Positions 9,367 to 18,636 of a stretch of DNA of 64,000 nucleotides are shown in pieces. Position numbers and translations under genes: made by a program. Source of the DNA: a bacterium (GTDB lineage Bacteria > Orphanbacterota > Orphanbacteria > Orphanbacterales > Orphanbacteraceae). The stretch covers positions 14,139-78,138 of the forward strand of contig JALGYY010000047.1 in the NCBI GenBank assembly GCA_025782575.1. Direction: 5' to 3'. Numbering within the stretch: the first letter of the stretch is position 1; each line of letters begins with the position of its first letter. The notes below the pieces were generated by a model. That model was not told the origin of the DNA. It worked only from the letters and a program-made list of their open reading frames with translations, and ran no database searches.

Positions 9367-10524
9367 ATGAAGCGTTTTACACTGATTATCCTATTGTCTG
9401 TTCTTGCTGCGGGACTCATCTATAAGCGGGAAGGGCTGAAAGAGCGGCTGCTCGGGATGCTGCCGGAAACAGCAAACACGGTCTGGGTAACGGCTGATCC
9501 GGCGGATGAAGGGCTGGATGGGCGGGCGCTCGACGCCCTCTGTGAGGACCTGGCAGAATTCGAGACGACTGCGCTGCTCGTCGTCCGGGGCGGGCGGCTT
9601 GTGCATGAATACTATTCCGATGGACATGGCCCGAATGACCGGCAGGGGATGGCCGCCATGACCAAGGCGATCGTCGCTGTTCCGGCGCTTCTGGTCTGCG
9701 TGTCAGACGGGAGGCTCTCCTTCGACGATCGAATCACTCAGTTCGTACCGTCTCTCATGAGCGATTCCGTTCGATCCCGAATCCTGGTGCGCCATCTTGC
9801 GTTTCACTCGTCCGGGATCGAGAATGTGAGCTTCTCCGCCGCCCGGACCGGAAATGTCGAAGGATGGAAGATCGACTACTACGAAATGCCGGAAAACCGG
9901 TTCCGGATGGCCCTTCACGAAGCCCCGATTCTCTTTCCGCCCGGATCGGAGTCGAGCTACAGCGGGGTCGGTTACTACGCACTTGCCTACGTTTTGACCC
10001 GATCGCTCCGTGGGACGCCTGAAAGCGACATCCGCTCCCTCTATTCCGGTCGAATCATGACTCCTCTCGAGATTCCTGATTCCGACTGGACCATAAGCTA
10101 TGGGGAATCCTACGAGCAGGATGGTCTCACGCTCTACGCATGCGGGAGCGGCGCCAGCCTGACCCCCCGGGCGGCCGCCCGTGTGGCGGAACTCATGCTT
10201 CATCGCGGCGAATGGAGGGGGGAGGCACTTCTGGATTCCGTGCAGGTCGCTAGCGTCTTCGGTCCGGATAGTACCTCGGAATCGGGAGAGAAAATCTACA
10301 TATCCGACAATCGGGGATGGCATATCAACCGGAATGGCCGGTGGCCTTCTCTTCCGGAAGACGCTGCATGCGGGTTAGGCGGACAGCACCAGGTGGCGCT
10401 CATCGTGCCGAGTCTCGATCTGGTGGTAATCCGTTTCGGAAAGTCCCTGCTCCGGGAGGGGGAGACGTTTGACGGCGCACTTGACCGACGACTTTTTTTG
10501 CCCGTCGCGAAGGCGTTCCGATGA
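9367..10524 (+). CDS. Beta-lactamase-fold serine-hydrolase family protein (nucleophile motif reads AxxK)
   Basis: N-terminal signal/TM (FTLIILLSVLAAGLIY). Class C beta-lactamase/PBP-like layout, but the SxxK position reads GMAAMTKAIVA (A-M-T-K). The stop overlaps the next gene (ATGA). Confidence 0.55.
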   Translation: MKRFTLIILLSVLAAGLIYKREGLKERLLGMLPETANTVWVTADPADEGLDGRALDALCEDLAEFETTALLVVRGGRLVHEYYSDGHGPNDRQGMAAMTKAIVAVPALLVCVSDGRLSFDDRITQFVPSLMSDSVRSRILVRHLAFHSSGIENVSFSAARTGNVEGWKIDYYEMPENRFRMALHEAPILFPPGSESSYSGVGYYALAYVLTRSLRGTPESDIRSLYSGRIMTPLEIPDSDWTISYGESYEQDGLTLYACGSGASLTPRAAARVAELMLHRGEWRGEALLDSVQVASVFGPDSTSESGEKIYISDNRGWHINRNGRWPSLPEDAACGLGGQHQVALIVPSLDLVVIRFGKSLLREGETFDGALDRRLFLPVAKAFR

Positions 10525-11636
10525 GCGAGCGAGATCCGTCGGGGGATGCTCTCCAGCAGGCTGATTCTCGTATGCCGAGTCTTTGTATTATCAATTTCAA
10601 CGGGGCGTCCTTCCTCGACGAGACCATACGGGCTGCAAAGACGGCGGGGGGAGTCAGTGAGATCCTGCTGATCGATAATGGGTCAGAAGATGAGAGTATC
10701 GCGATCGCCCGGCGGATCGATCCTGCGATCCATATCCGGGAACTCGGTGATAACCGGGGACCTGCCCGGGCAAGGAACGAGGGATTTCGCGAGGCGGGAA
10801 ACAATCGAATCGCCTTCATCGACAACGACGTCTCTATCGAGTCGGGCTGCATCGAGCGATTGAACGAGGCCCTCGACCGGGATCCGGAAGCTGTGATCGC
10901 CATGCCGAGAGTTCTCTATGACGATCGATCCGACACGATTCAATATGACGGTGCCGGATGCCACTTTCTGGGGCTCATGACCCTGGAGAACGCCAACCGC
11001 CCGGCCGCTGATGTCTCCCGGGACATCAGAAAAATCGACGCGCCCGTAACCGCCGCATTCCTGATGGATCGTTCCCGCTGGCGGGGGGGAGATCCGTTTG
11101 ACGAAAGCTTCTTCATCTATCTGGAGGATCTGGAATTCGGGCTCCGGGCGCGAACGATGGGGCATTCTATTTTGAGCGTACCCTCTGCTGTCGTTACTCA
11201 TCGGGAGGGAACAGCCGGACTCGCGCTTCGCCGTACCGGTCGTTACGCGAGTCGTCGGATCTTCAGCAATATCAGAAACCGCTGGCAGATCATTCTCATT
11301 CATTTTCAATGGCGCACTCTATTGGCGCTCGCGCCGGCGCTCGCCCTTTTCGAGGTGTTCCAACTGGTGGGCGTCCTGGTCAAAGGTTGGTGGGGGGAGT
11401 GGTGGCGGGCTGTCTGCTGGATTGCGGGACATGCGGGAGAGATCAGTCACAAACGGAATGTCGCCGGTAACTCGAGGCGCGTACCAGACGGTGAAATCCT
11501 CCGGGGGGGTGCAGTCCCGTTCGCCGAGGAACTTGCCACAAGTCCCCTGGAGAGACTGGGCCGCCGGATTCTCGACAGCCTCACCGCCGTCTGGTGGACT
11601 ATTGCACGTCCCGTTCTCGCGAGGAGGCGACCATGA
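10521..11636 (+). CDS. Glycosyltransferase family 2
   Basis: GT-A fold N-terminal region (LCIINFNGASFLDETI..., LLIDNGSEDES) and DxD motif (FIDNDV). Confidence 0.8.
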   Translation: MSERDPSGDALQQADSRMPSLCIINFNGASFLDETIRAAKTAGGVSEILLIDNGSEDESIAIARRIDPAIHIRELGDNRGPARARNEGFREAGNNRIAFIDNDVSIESGCIERLNEALDRDPEAVIAMPRVLYDDRSDTIQYDGAGCHFLGLMTLENANRPAADVSRDIRKIDAPVTAAFLMDRSRWRGGDPFDESFFIYLEDLEFGLRARTMGHSILSVPSAVVTHREGTAGLALRRTGRYASRRIFSNIRNRWQIILIHFQWRTLLALAPALALFEVFQLVGVLVKGWWGEWWRAVCWIAGHAGEISHKRNVAGNSRRVPDGEILRGGAVPFAEELATSPLERLGRRILDSLTAVWWTIARPVLARRRP

Positions 11637-13081
11637 CCGCACGCCGCACGGCCTGGATTCTCGCGCTCATCCTGCTGATCAGTTTCGCACTCCGCATTTA
11701 TCAGCTGGGAAAGGAGAGTTTCTGGATCGATGAAATGAATACGGTGGAGCTTGCCCGCCTCCCTCTCAGTGAAGTCTCCGCCCAAATCATGGATCACATG
11801 CCATTGCATTTCTATCTTATTCACTTTCAGTTCAAGCTGTTCAGGGAATCGGAGTTCTCGGCGCGGTTTCCCTCGGTCTGGATCGGCGTGGTCGCCGTAT
11901 TCCTGGTATTTCTGGCCGGGAAGCGATACTTCGATCGGGAGACCGGTCTGCTCGCCGCCCTTCTCGTCGGCGTTTCGCTGTTTCATGTTCATTACTCTCA
12001 GGAGGCAAGGCCGTACGCCCTTCTCTCGCTCGCGGCGATCGGTTCCATGCTCGCCTATACGCGGCTCAAGGAAAAGCCGACCCCCTTTTCGTTCGCACTC
12101 TATTTCGTGGCAACGATCACCCTCATGTATACGCACGCCTTCGGACTTTTCCTGATCGCCGTTCAGAACCTGGACTACATATGGCGGTGGCTGGGCAAGA
12201 AGAGCCGTCCCAATCTCAAGCTGACACACTGGTTCGTACTACAGGCAGCAATGGCCCTCGCGTTTTTCCCCTGGGCAGCGGTTCTTGCGGAGCATCTGTC
12301 GTCTCGGGAGGCCAGGACGATCGACCGTCCGCCGCCGCCGCTTACCAAGCTCATCGGTCCATTCATTGCGTACTCGGGATCGCTGGTGCAATTCCTGATT
12401 TACGGTGCGCTGGCCGGAGTGGCTGTTCTTCTGCGGCGGGGCAAGGAAAACGCCTTTCTGCTTCTCTGGCTGATTGTCCCTCTCGTTCTCCCATTCGTAA
12501 TCTCATACCTGTACATGCCGATTCACATTACGCGTTACATGATCGGATCATCATTTCCGTTCTATCTTCTCGCTGCAGCCGGCATCCGATGTATCCCCCG
12601 CCCCCGGCTAGTACAGAGTGCAATAGTCATCGTCCTTCTCTTGGCAGCCTGGAACATCCGGGAATACTCCCGCGCGACGAACAAAGAACCCTGGAGGGAA
12701 GTAGCGGCTCATGTGGATGGACTAGCCAGGGAGGGGGACGTTCTTTTCGTCCATGTCCCCTTCGTTCAGGGCGTGTTTGACTACTACTCGTCGGCGAGCG
12801 GGGGGCTGCCGCGATTGCGATATCCGGCGATGTCGGAAGGTGTCGATCGAACCGATCTGGATTCGCTTCGCCTGGGAATCGGTCCGTTCGATCGGGTCTG
12901 GGTGGTCAAGTCATACAGCGAGGATGAGGATAATAAGATCAGAGAGATCGTCTCATCAGGTCGCAGGATTGAATACGATAGATCCTGGCATATCAAGAAT
13001 GTCGCTACCGGAAAGCGAGTCTCGATTGAAGCCTACCTGGCGAGCCGGGTCGAACCGGCAAGTGGAACGACGGAGCGCTAG
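11633..13081 (+). CDS. GT-C fold glycosyltransferase, family 39 / ArnT-PMT-like, polytopic membrane protein
   Basis: ATG 11633 overlaps the upstream stop (ATGA). Multiple TM helices. N-terminal WIDEMNTVELAR loop resembles the ArnT/PMT DE-motif loop. Confidence 0.7.
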   Translation: MTARRTAWILALILLISFALRIYQLGKESFWIDEMNTVELARLPLSEVSAQIMDHMPLHFYLIHFQFKLFRESEFSARFPSVWIGVVAVFLVFLAGKRYFDRETGLLAALLVGVSLFHVHYSQEARPYALLSLAAIGSMLAYTRLKEKPTPFSFALYFVATITLMYTHAFGLFLIAVQNLDYIWRWLGKKSRPNLKLTHWFVLQAAMALAFFPWAAVLAEHLSSREARTIDRPPPPLTKLIGPFIAYSGSLVQFLIYGALAGVAVLLRRGKENAFLLLWLIVPLVLPFVISYLYMPIHITRYMIGSSFPFYLLAAAGIRCIPRPRLVQSAIVIVLLLAAWNIREYSRATNKEPWREVAAHVDGLAREGDVLFVHVPFVQGVFDYYSSASGGLPRLRYPAMSEGVDRTDLDSLRLGIGPFDRVWVVKSYSEDEDNKIREIVSSGRRIEYDRSWHIKNVATGKRVSIEAYLASRVEPASGTTER

Positions 13082-13082
13082 G

Positions 13083-14363
13083 ATGAACTGGCGAAAGATC
13101 ATCAGAGACCTGCTGCTCGCTCTCTCCTCACAGGCGTTCTACAAGCTTGCGGGATTTCTAGTGCTTCTGATACTCACGCGGTATCTCCCGAAAGAGCAGA
13201 TGGGTATCGTATTCTTCGCCGCCACACTATCGACGATGGCTGCTCTATTTACCGAGCTCGGCACATCGAGCCACCTTGTTCGCGGCGTTGCCGCCGAACC
13301 GGACATGGCGCTTGCGCACTTCGCGAGTGTTCTGTCGATTCGTATTCCCCTGCTTGCTCTGTATCTTGTCCTGTTGAACGGTGTTGTCTGGCTGTGGAGG
13401 CCGGACATTATAACCGTTCTTGCGCTTACATCGTTCTATGTCCTGCTGGAAGAACTCTATCGAATAGCCGGCGCCCTCTTTCTCGGACTCCAGAAAGTGC
13501 TCTACAACGTCATCTGCGGCGTCAGCACTCGGCTACTTCTTGTGGGGTTCATCTTTCTCGTCGTACGTATGAACGGGGATGTCCACGCGGTGCTCGGATG
13601 CTACATCGTCGCGAATATCCTGCTCGTCCTCTTCGCATATGGATTGGTGATCAGCCGCCTGGGAAGAATTCCCGATTTGTCCGACTGCTTGCCCCGGCGG
13701 GAAATTCTACGCGAATCGTTCCACCTCTTTCTGCTCGCACTTCTCAGTATGCTCCATTTTAAAGTCGATTCGGCCATGCTCGGATTTATCGGACCCTACA
13801 CAGAGGTGGCAACGTACGAAGCGGCATTCCGTCTGCTGGAGGCATCCCGATTCGTAATTCTCCCGGTAAGCATGATATTCTATCCCCAGTTCGCCGAGAT
13901 CGTGGCCAGGCGCGACTGGCCTCTCCTCCGCTCACTCACGCGGCGGCTTCTCGGATACGCTTCGGGAATCGGCATTGCGGTGGCCGCCGGAGTGATGCTA
14001 TTCGCCGCCAACATCATCCCGATCGTATTCGGGGATCGTTACGACGATTCGATCGGAGTACTCCGTATTCTCTATATTTGCGTGCCCATGCTGTACGTCG
14101 CCAACCTGCTCGGTATTCTGGCCCGAGTGGCTCGGCGAGAGAAGGAGGCCGTCTGGGTGTTGTTCGGCTGCCTCTCTCTGAATGTCGCTCTGAATGCCTA
14201 CGTGATTCCCCGTTGGGGGGCGGTCGGTGCGGCGGCGACGACCGTGGCGACGGAAACTCTTCGCACGCTTTTCCTTCTCTATCTTGGATACCTGATTCTC
14301 CGAAATCCGGGAAAGCGGGTCGGAGCCTCTCTCCGGGAAGTAGAGATTTCTCGTGCAGGCTGA
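13083..14363 (+). CDS. Polysaccharide/oligosaccharide flippase (MOP superfamily, Wzx-like)
   Basis: ATG 13083 lies 1 nt after the upstream stop. About 12 TM segments, polysaccharide-biosynthesis-protein-like. The track's longer ORF from 12753 overlaps the GT39 gene and is rejected. Confidence 0.7.
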   Translation: MNWRKIIRDLLLALSSQAFYKLAGFLVLLILTRYLPKEQMGIVFFAATLSTMAALFTELGTSSHLVRGVAAEPDMALAHFASVLSIRIPLLALYLVLLNGVVWLWRPDIITVLALTSFYVLLEELYRIAGALFLGLQKVLYNVICGVSTRLLLVGFIFLVVRMNGDVHAVLGCYIVANILLVLFAYGLVISRLGRIPDLSDCLPRREILRESFHLFLLALLSMLHFKVDSAMLGFIGPYTEVATYEAAFRLLEASRFVILPVSMIFYPQFAEIVARRDWPLLRSLTRRLLGYASGIGIAVAAGVMLFAANIIPIVFGDRYDDSIGVLRILYICVPMLYVANLLGILARVARREKEAVWVLFGCLSLNVALNAYVIPRWGAVGAAATTVATETLRTLFLLYLGYLILRNPGKRVGASLREVEISRAG

Positions 14364-15396
14364 TTCGATTCTCTTCGATTTTCACGGTGTGCTTGTCCGC
14401 GTAACATCCGCGGACGGTGATGCGCTCCGCTTCGTTCAATCCGATTTCTCGTCGTTCCCGTCGCAGGCGGCTGGGGAACCGGCAGTGGAAATCAAACTCT
14501 ACCGGGGTGATCCGCCCTGGGAGCGGATCCCGGATGGAGCACCCGCAGTGGTACACACGAAGGACGCCGTGGTTTACAAGCATGAGAAGAAACTCTTTTA
14601 CGATTCATTCGGACGGGCGCTCGTGATTTACGATCCGAAAAAGAACAGAGCAGAGATTCATACACCTGATCTGGATCTGCTCTTCGAAAAGGCGTATCTC
14701 ATGATCGTGAGCCGGGTCGGTGAGCTTCTCGATCGGCGAGGTATTCATCGGATTCACGCGATGGGAGTCGTCTACAAAGGGCGGGCGGTTATCTGCCTTC
14801 TCCCGATGGGAGGGGGCAAGACAACACTCACGTTATCACTTCTCGAGAAGGACGACTTCGAGCTTCTTTCAGAAGAGATTCCTCTGGTTATCAGGGACGG
14901 CACACTCCGTCCCATGCCGATCAGGATGGGAATTACGGAAGGAACGAAAACTTCCATCCCGGACGAGTTTCTGAAGCCGTTCCGGAGAACCCACTATGGG
15001 CCGAAAGTTCTGATCGATGCGCGCTACTTCGAAGATCGAATCGCCACGTCAGCGGTTCCTGGTATTCTGTTCATCGGCAGAAGGATCCATTCCTCCCGGC
15101 CGGCAATTGAACGAATTTCGAAACGAAAGGCGTTTCGCGCACTCCTCAGTGCCTGTGTGATGGGTGTCGGACTGCCGCAGTTGCTGGAATACCTTCTCCG
15201 GTTCGACTGGAGCGATCTTTTCAGGCAGGCGCCGATCCACTGGTCTCGACTGATCGCCTCGCTTGCGCTTCTCCGGAGGAGCGATACATATCTTCTATCG
15301 CTCGGAACGGATATCGAGGCTAACGCGACACTGGTCGAGAGCTTCATTCGAGAGAAATATTCGAGCAGGCCGGACGGGCAAGAAGGAGAACGGTGA
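14353..15396 (+). CDS. HprK-like (HPr kinase C-terminal-domain-like) P-loop protein
   Basis: IHAMGVVYKGRAVICLLPMGGGKTTLTLSLLEKDDFELLSEEIPLV matches the HPr kinase C-terminal pattern HG-V...G-GVLI-G-SG-GKSE-AL-L...G..LV-DD. GTG start overlaps the flippase stop by 11 nt. Confidence 0.55.
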   Translation: MQADSILFDFHGVLVRVTSADGDALRFVQSDFSSFPSQAAGEPAVEIKLYRGDPPWERIPDGAPAVVHTKDAVVYKHEKKLFYDSFGRALVIYDPKKNRAEIHTPDLDLLFEKAYLMIVSRVGELLDRRGIHRIHAMGVVYKGRAVICLLPMGGGKTTLTLSLLEKDDFELLSEEIPLVIRDGTLRPMPIRMGITEGTKTSIPDEFLKPFRRTHYGPKVLIDARYFEDRIATSAVPGILFIGRRIHSSRPAIERISKRKAFRALLSACVMGVGLPQLLEYLLRFDWSDLFRQAPIHWSRLIASLALLRRSDTYLLSLGTDIEANATLVESFIREKYSSRPDGQEGER

Positions 15397-16574
15397 GCCG
15401 CAAGTATCGAATCGCCATGGTCGCCGCCTGCCCGTTTCCTTATCCTCGGGGGACGCCGGTCAGGGTGCATCGGATGGCCGAGGCGCTGGCCCACCGTGGT
15501 CACGAAGTTCATGTCGTGACGTATCACCATGGTGATCGAATCGAAGACGCTCCGTTTTACATCCGCCGGATTCGGGAGGTCAGCTCGTACAGAAAGCTGT
15601 CGCCCGGGCCGACATATCAAAAACTACTGGTTCTCGACCCTCTCCTGACGGCCAAGCTGAATAGTGTTGTGAAGGAGATTGACGCGGATGTAATCCATGC
15701 TCATCACTATGAAGGTCTGATCGCATCGGTTCTTGTGAGGCGATTCACTTCAGTACCTGTTGTTTATGATGCTCACACGCTGCTTGAATCGGAGTTACCC
15801 TTCTACCGAATGGGGCTCCCGCAAAAATGGCTACGCGCGCTGGGGACACGTATTGATCGATTCATGCCATCCCGGGCCGAGCATATTATTGCAGTGACTG
15901 AACGAATTCGATCACGGATCGTCGAAGCGGGAGGCGTGGACCGGTCGAAAACCAGCGTGATCCAGAACGGTGTCGAAGCGGACTTTTTCAAGGCGGCGGC
16001 AGAGGGGCGGAAGATCAGAAGGGACGCCGTTCCGCGTATCATCTATGCGGGCAATCTATCCGCCTATCAGGGAATCGAATTGCTTCTTCATGCGTTCTGC
16101 GAGGTCGCGAAGAGTCGGAGCGCCACACGGCTGGTGCTTGTGACCGGCTCCCGTTTTGATCCGTATGAGGCTCTTGCGAACGAACTCGGCATACGCCGGA
16201 AGATCGATATCGTCAATTCAGAGTTCGATCGATTGCCGGAATATCTGGCGGAAGCCGATGTGGCGGCCAATCCGCGTACCGAGTGCGACGGGATTCCCCA
16301 GAAGCTGCTGAACTATATGGCGGCTGGATTGCCGGTTGTCTCCTTCGCCGGGTCGGCCAAGAATATAAAGGACGGTCGGAACGGACTCGTGGTCGAAGAT
16401 AAAAACATCGCGGCGTTTGCGTCGGCAGTGAACACTCTCCTCGACGACAGGGACCAGGCGGAAAGAATCGGCAGGAACGGACGTGATTATGTCGTAGCCA
16501 ATCACACATGGGAAGGGACGGCCGAGAAGACGGAAGAGGTCTACGCGAAAGTGTATGAGGAGAGAGGCGCTTGA
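15393..16574 (+). CDS. Glycosyltransferase family 4 (GT-B, group 1)
   Basis: RIAMVAACPFPYPRGTPVRVHRMAEALAHRGHEVHVVT N-terminal domain; C-terminal E-x7-E region (PQKLLNYMAAGLPVV, GRNG). GTGA overlap with the upstream gene. Confidence 0.85.
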   Translation: MSRKYRIAMVAACPFPYPRGTPVRVHRMAEALAHRGHEVHVVTYHHGDRIEDAPFYIRRIREVSSYRKLSPGPTYQKLLVLDPLLTAKLNSVVKEIDADVIHAHHYEGLIASVLVRRFTSVPVVYDAHTLLESELPFYRMGLPQKWLRALGTRIDRFMPSRAEHIIAVTERIRSRIVEAGGVDRSKTSVIQNGVEADFFKAAAEGRKIRRDAVPRIIYAGNLSAYQGIELLLHAFCEVAKSRSATRLVLVTGSRFDPYEALANELGIRRKIDIVNSEFDRLPEYLAEADVAANPRTECDGIPQKLLNYMAAGLPVVSFAGSAKNIKDGRNGLVVEDKNIAAFASAVNTLLDDRDQAERIGRNGRDYVVANHTWEGTAEKTEEVYAKVYEERGA

Positions 16575-18181
16575 ACCGCGAATCCATCAAACTCCTCATC
16601 CGGCGATTCGTACTGGCCACATCATTCCCGCCGTTTCTCGGCGTCTATCGATGGGGGTATCGCCTCGTGACAGGGTTGGCGGTCCGTATTTTCAGGCGCT
16701 ATCCGGGAGTTCGGGCCGTATATCTGCGCCGGGGAGGGGCGAAGGGAGCCATAACGCCACTCGTAAGTGATATCGATTTCGCGGTCATCATCGATTCCCT
16801 CACCGAAGACGAAAGTCGTGAGCTTCACGATTCCTACGACCGACTCGCTCGGGTAACCACTCTGCTCGACCGATCGCTCGAGATATACAGCGAAGCACAA
16901 ATGAAGCATCTGTATGAAACGAACGACTATTTTCGCTACCGGTTTGTGGAAGGAAAAGAGACCTGGAAGCTCCTTTATGGGCAGAACGTACTGGAGTGCC
17001 TTCCTGAATGCTCGATGGAGGAGTTGCATGGAGGGTTCGTCAATGAGACCAAAGTCTGGTGGTCTCTTTTTGCGTGGAGATTCTATCACGATAGGAAATA
17101 CAACGACGAAGGGGTGACGAGAAACAGCTTTTGCTTCAAAACAGTGAGCGAGATATTGAAGATGAACCTCGCTCTGAATCACGGCCGGCTGACTTTCGAT
17201 CGAAGTGAGGCGATGCGCGATGCCCTGCCTGACCTTGACCAGGAAGACAGCAGGCTGGTAGAGGACCTTCTCACAATTGAACGGTCGGGCTTTCGGAAGA
17301 ATGACTCCGGGATTCTGGAACGAACCAATCGGTTTCTCATTCGTTACCTGGATCGTTTTTTCAGAGTGCTTCAGGATCACCCCATAGCCGCGTCACGAAA
17401 CGGTGTCACCCAGGTTGTAAGCGGTGCGGGAGACCCGATCTTTCAGTCAAGTGCTGAAAAGGATCATCTGGACCGACTTCGATCTTTCATTCGCGATCGG
17501 TGGGGGGTGAAGGGTTCTGCCACACACGTATCTTCCGGGGCGTTCTTCAATCTGGATGAAATACTCTTTCTGGTCGAAATCGATGCCCGAACGCCGCCGA
17601 GTGTTACAGAGATCGCCGCGCTGAATCGATATCACCAATCGATGGGCGGGGAGCTTTGTTCGAGAGTGAAAATATTTCTACTCACATCGGGTGCTGCGTT
17701 TCAAATCGATACCGAGGATCTTTCTCAAAGCTGGCAGTCCGTTCTGATCCCCGCCTCCAATCCGGACGTATTCGAAATCATTCACAGTCATGCGAGCGAG
17801 GCGGGCATGGGGATGACATCAAGCCGCCGTGTGGTGGCCTGGTCATCACTGGTAGAGCACTTCTTCCGGGAAGAAAAATCGCTCTTCTACGAGCTGATCG
17901 ATCAGCCGTCGATTTACAAGCTCGGAGGACGGGATTTCCTGCGGATCTTCTGGAAGACCGCCCAGCTCGTCGTTCTGAACCGGAGCGCGGCGAGAGGAAC
18001 TGTTGTCTATGCGTTGGCTCCGGACCAGGTGGCGGCGGCACTTGCCGATGAGGGGATCCCCCTTCCGGATCGGCTGGGACGCCTGCAAACCGCCTACGCG
18101 ATCGAGCTGAAGGGGGAGGACGGGGGAGTGGCCCCGCTCGTACCCGAAGCGCTGCGCTGGCTCAAAGAGATTGAATCATGA
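16571..18181 (+). CDS. Nucleotidyltransferase-domain (Pol-beta superfamily) protein, 536 aa, function unknown
   Basis: GGAKGAITPLVSDIDFAVIID matches the minimal NTase motif G[GS]-x9-13-D-x-D. The remaining ~400 aa have no recognised domain. TTG start overlaps the upstream stop (TTGA). Confidence 0.5.
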   Translation: MNRESIKLLIRRFVLATSFPPFLGVYRWGYRLVTGLAVRIFRRYPGVRAVYLRRGGAKGAITPLVSDIDFAVIIDSLTEDESRELHDSYDRLARVTTLLDRSLEIYSEAQMKHLYETNDYFRYRFVEGKETWKLLYGQNVLECLPECSMEELHGGFVNETKVWWSLFAWRFYHDRKYNDEGVTRNSFCFKTVSEILKMNLALNHGRLTFDRSEAMRDALPDLDQEDSRLVEDLLTIERSGFRKNDSGILERTNRFLIRYLDRFFRVLQDHPIAASRNGVTQVVSGAGDPIFQSSAEKDHLDRLRSFIRDRWGVKGSATHVSSGAFFNLDEILFLVEIDARTPPSVTEIAALNRYHQSMGGELCSRVKIFLLTSGAAFQIDTEDLSQSWQSVLIPASNPDVFEIIHSHASEAGMGMTSSRRVVAWSSLVEHFFREEKSLFYELIDQPSIYKLGGRDFLRIFWKTAQLVVLNRSAARGTVVYALAPDQVAAALADEGIPLPDRLGRLQTAYAIELKGEDGGVAPLVPEALRWLKEIES

Positions 18182-18636
18182 GCAATCAGGCGCTTACCAC
18201 ATCTGTGGTCATCGTAACGAAAGACCGGCCTGAGCTTCTGGCGAAGGTACTCGAATCCCTCGTCCCGCAGACCTTGATGCCTGACGAAGTGCTCGTGGTT
18301 GACAACAACTCCAGCCTGTCCTACGGGGATGTAATCGAGCGTTTTGCCCCGAAGCTTCCTCTGCGGATCGTCGTCGAAATGAAGCCGGGGATTCCCCACG
18401 CCAGGAATCGGGGCATTCGAGAAGCGAGTGGGGAGATCATCCTGTTTACAGATGACGATTGTGTGGCGGAAAGAGAATGGGTGGAGAACATGGTAGCGCC
18501 GTTCTTGATGAATCCTCATATCGGCGCGGTGGGAGGCGAGATCCTTTCGACCGAGCGTACAGGAAGCCTGGTTGAGGAATTCTGTGCGGCGGAGACCCTG
18601 ATGCGAATGGGCCGGCCGGAGGAAGGCGGAGCATGA
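18178..18636 (+). CDS. Glycosyltransferase family 2, N-terminal portion (frameshift-split; continues in 18633..19340)
   Basis: VVIVTKDRPELL, LVVDNNSS, FTDDDCV (DxD) and GAVGG form the GT-A N-half. The ORF terminates at TGA 18634-18636, where a GT2 should continue. Confidence 0.6.
   Translation: MSNQALTTSVVIVTKDRPELLAKVLESLVPQTLMPDEVLVVDNNSSLSYGDVIERFAPKLPLRIVVEMKPGIPHARNRGIREASGEIILFTDDDCVAEREWVENMVAPFLMNPHIGAVGGEILSTERTGSLVEEFCAAETLMRMGRPEEGGA

Noticed and set aside
12753-13082. Upstream extension of the flippase ORF (track start 12753)
   Set aside because: The extension lies entirely inside the GT39-like gene in another frame. ATG 13083 sits 1 nt after that gene's stop and begins the hydrophobic flippase sequence.
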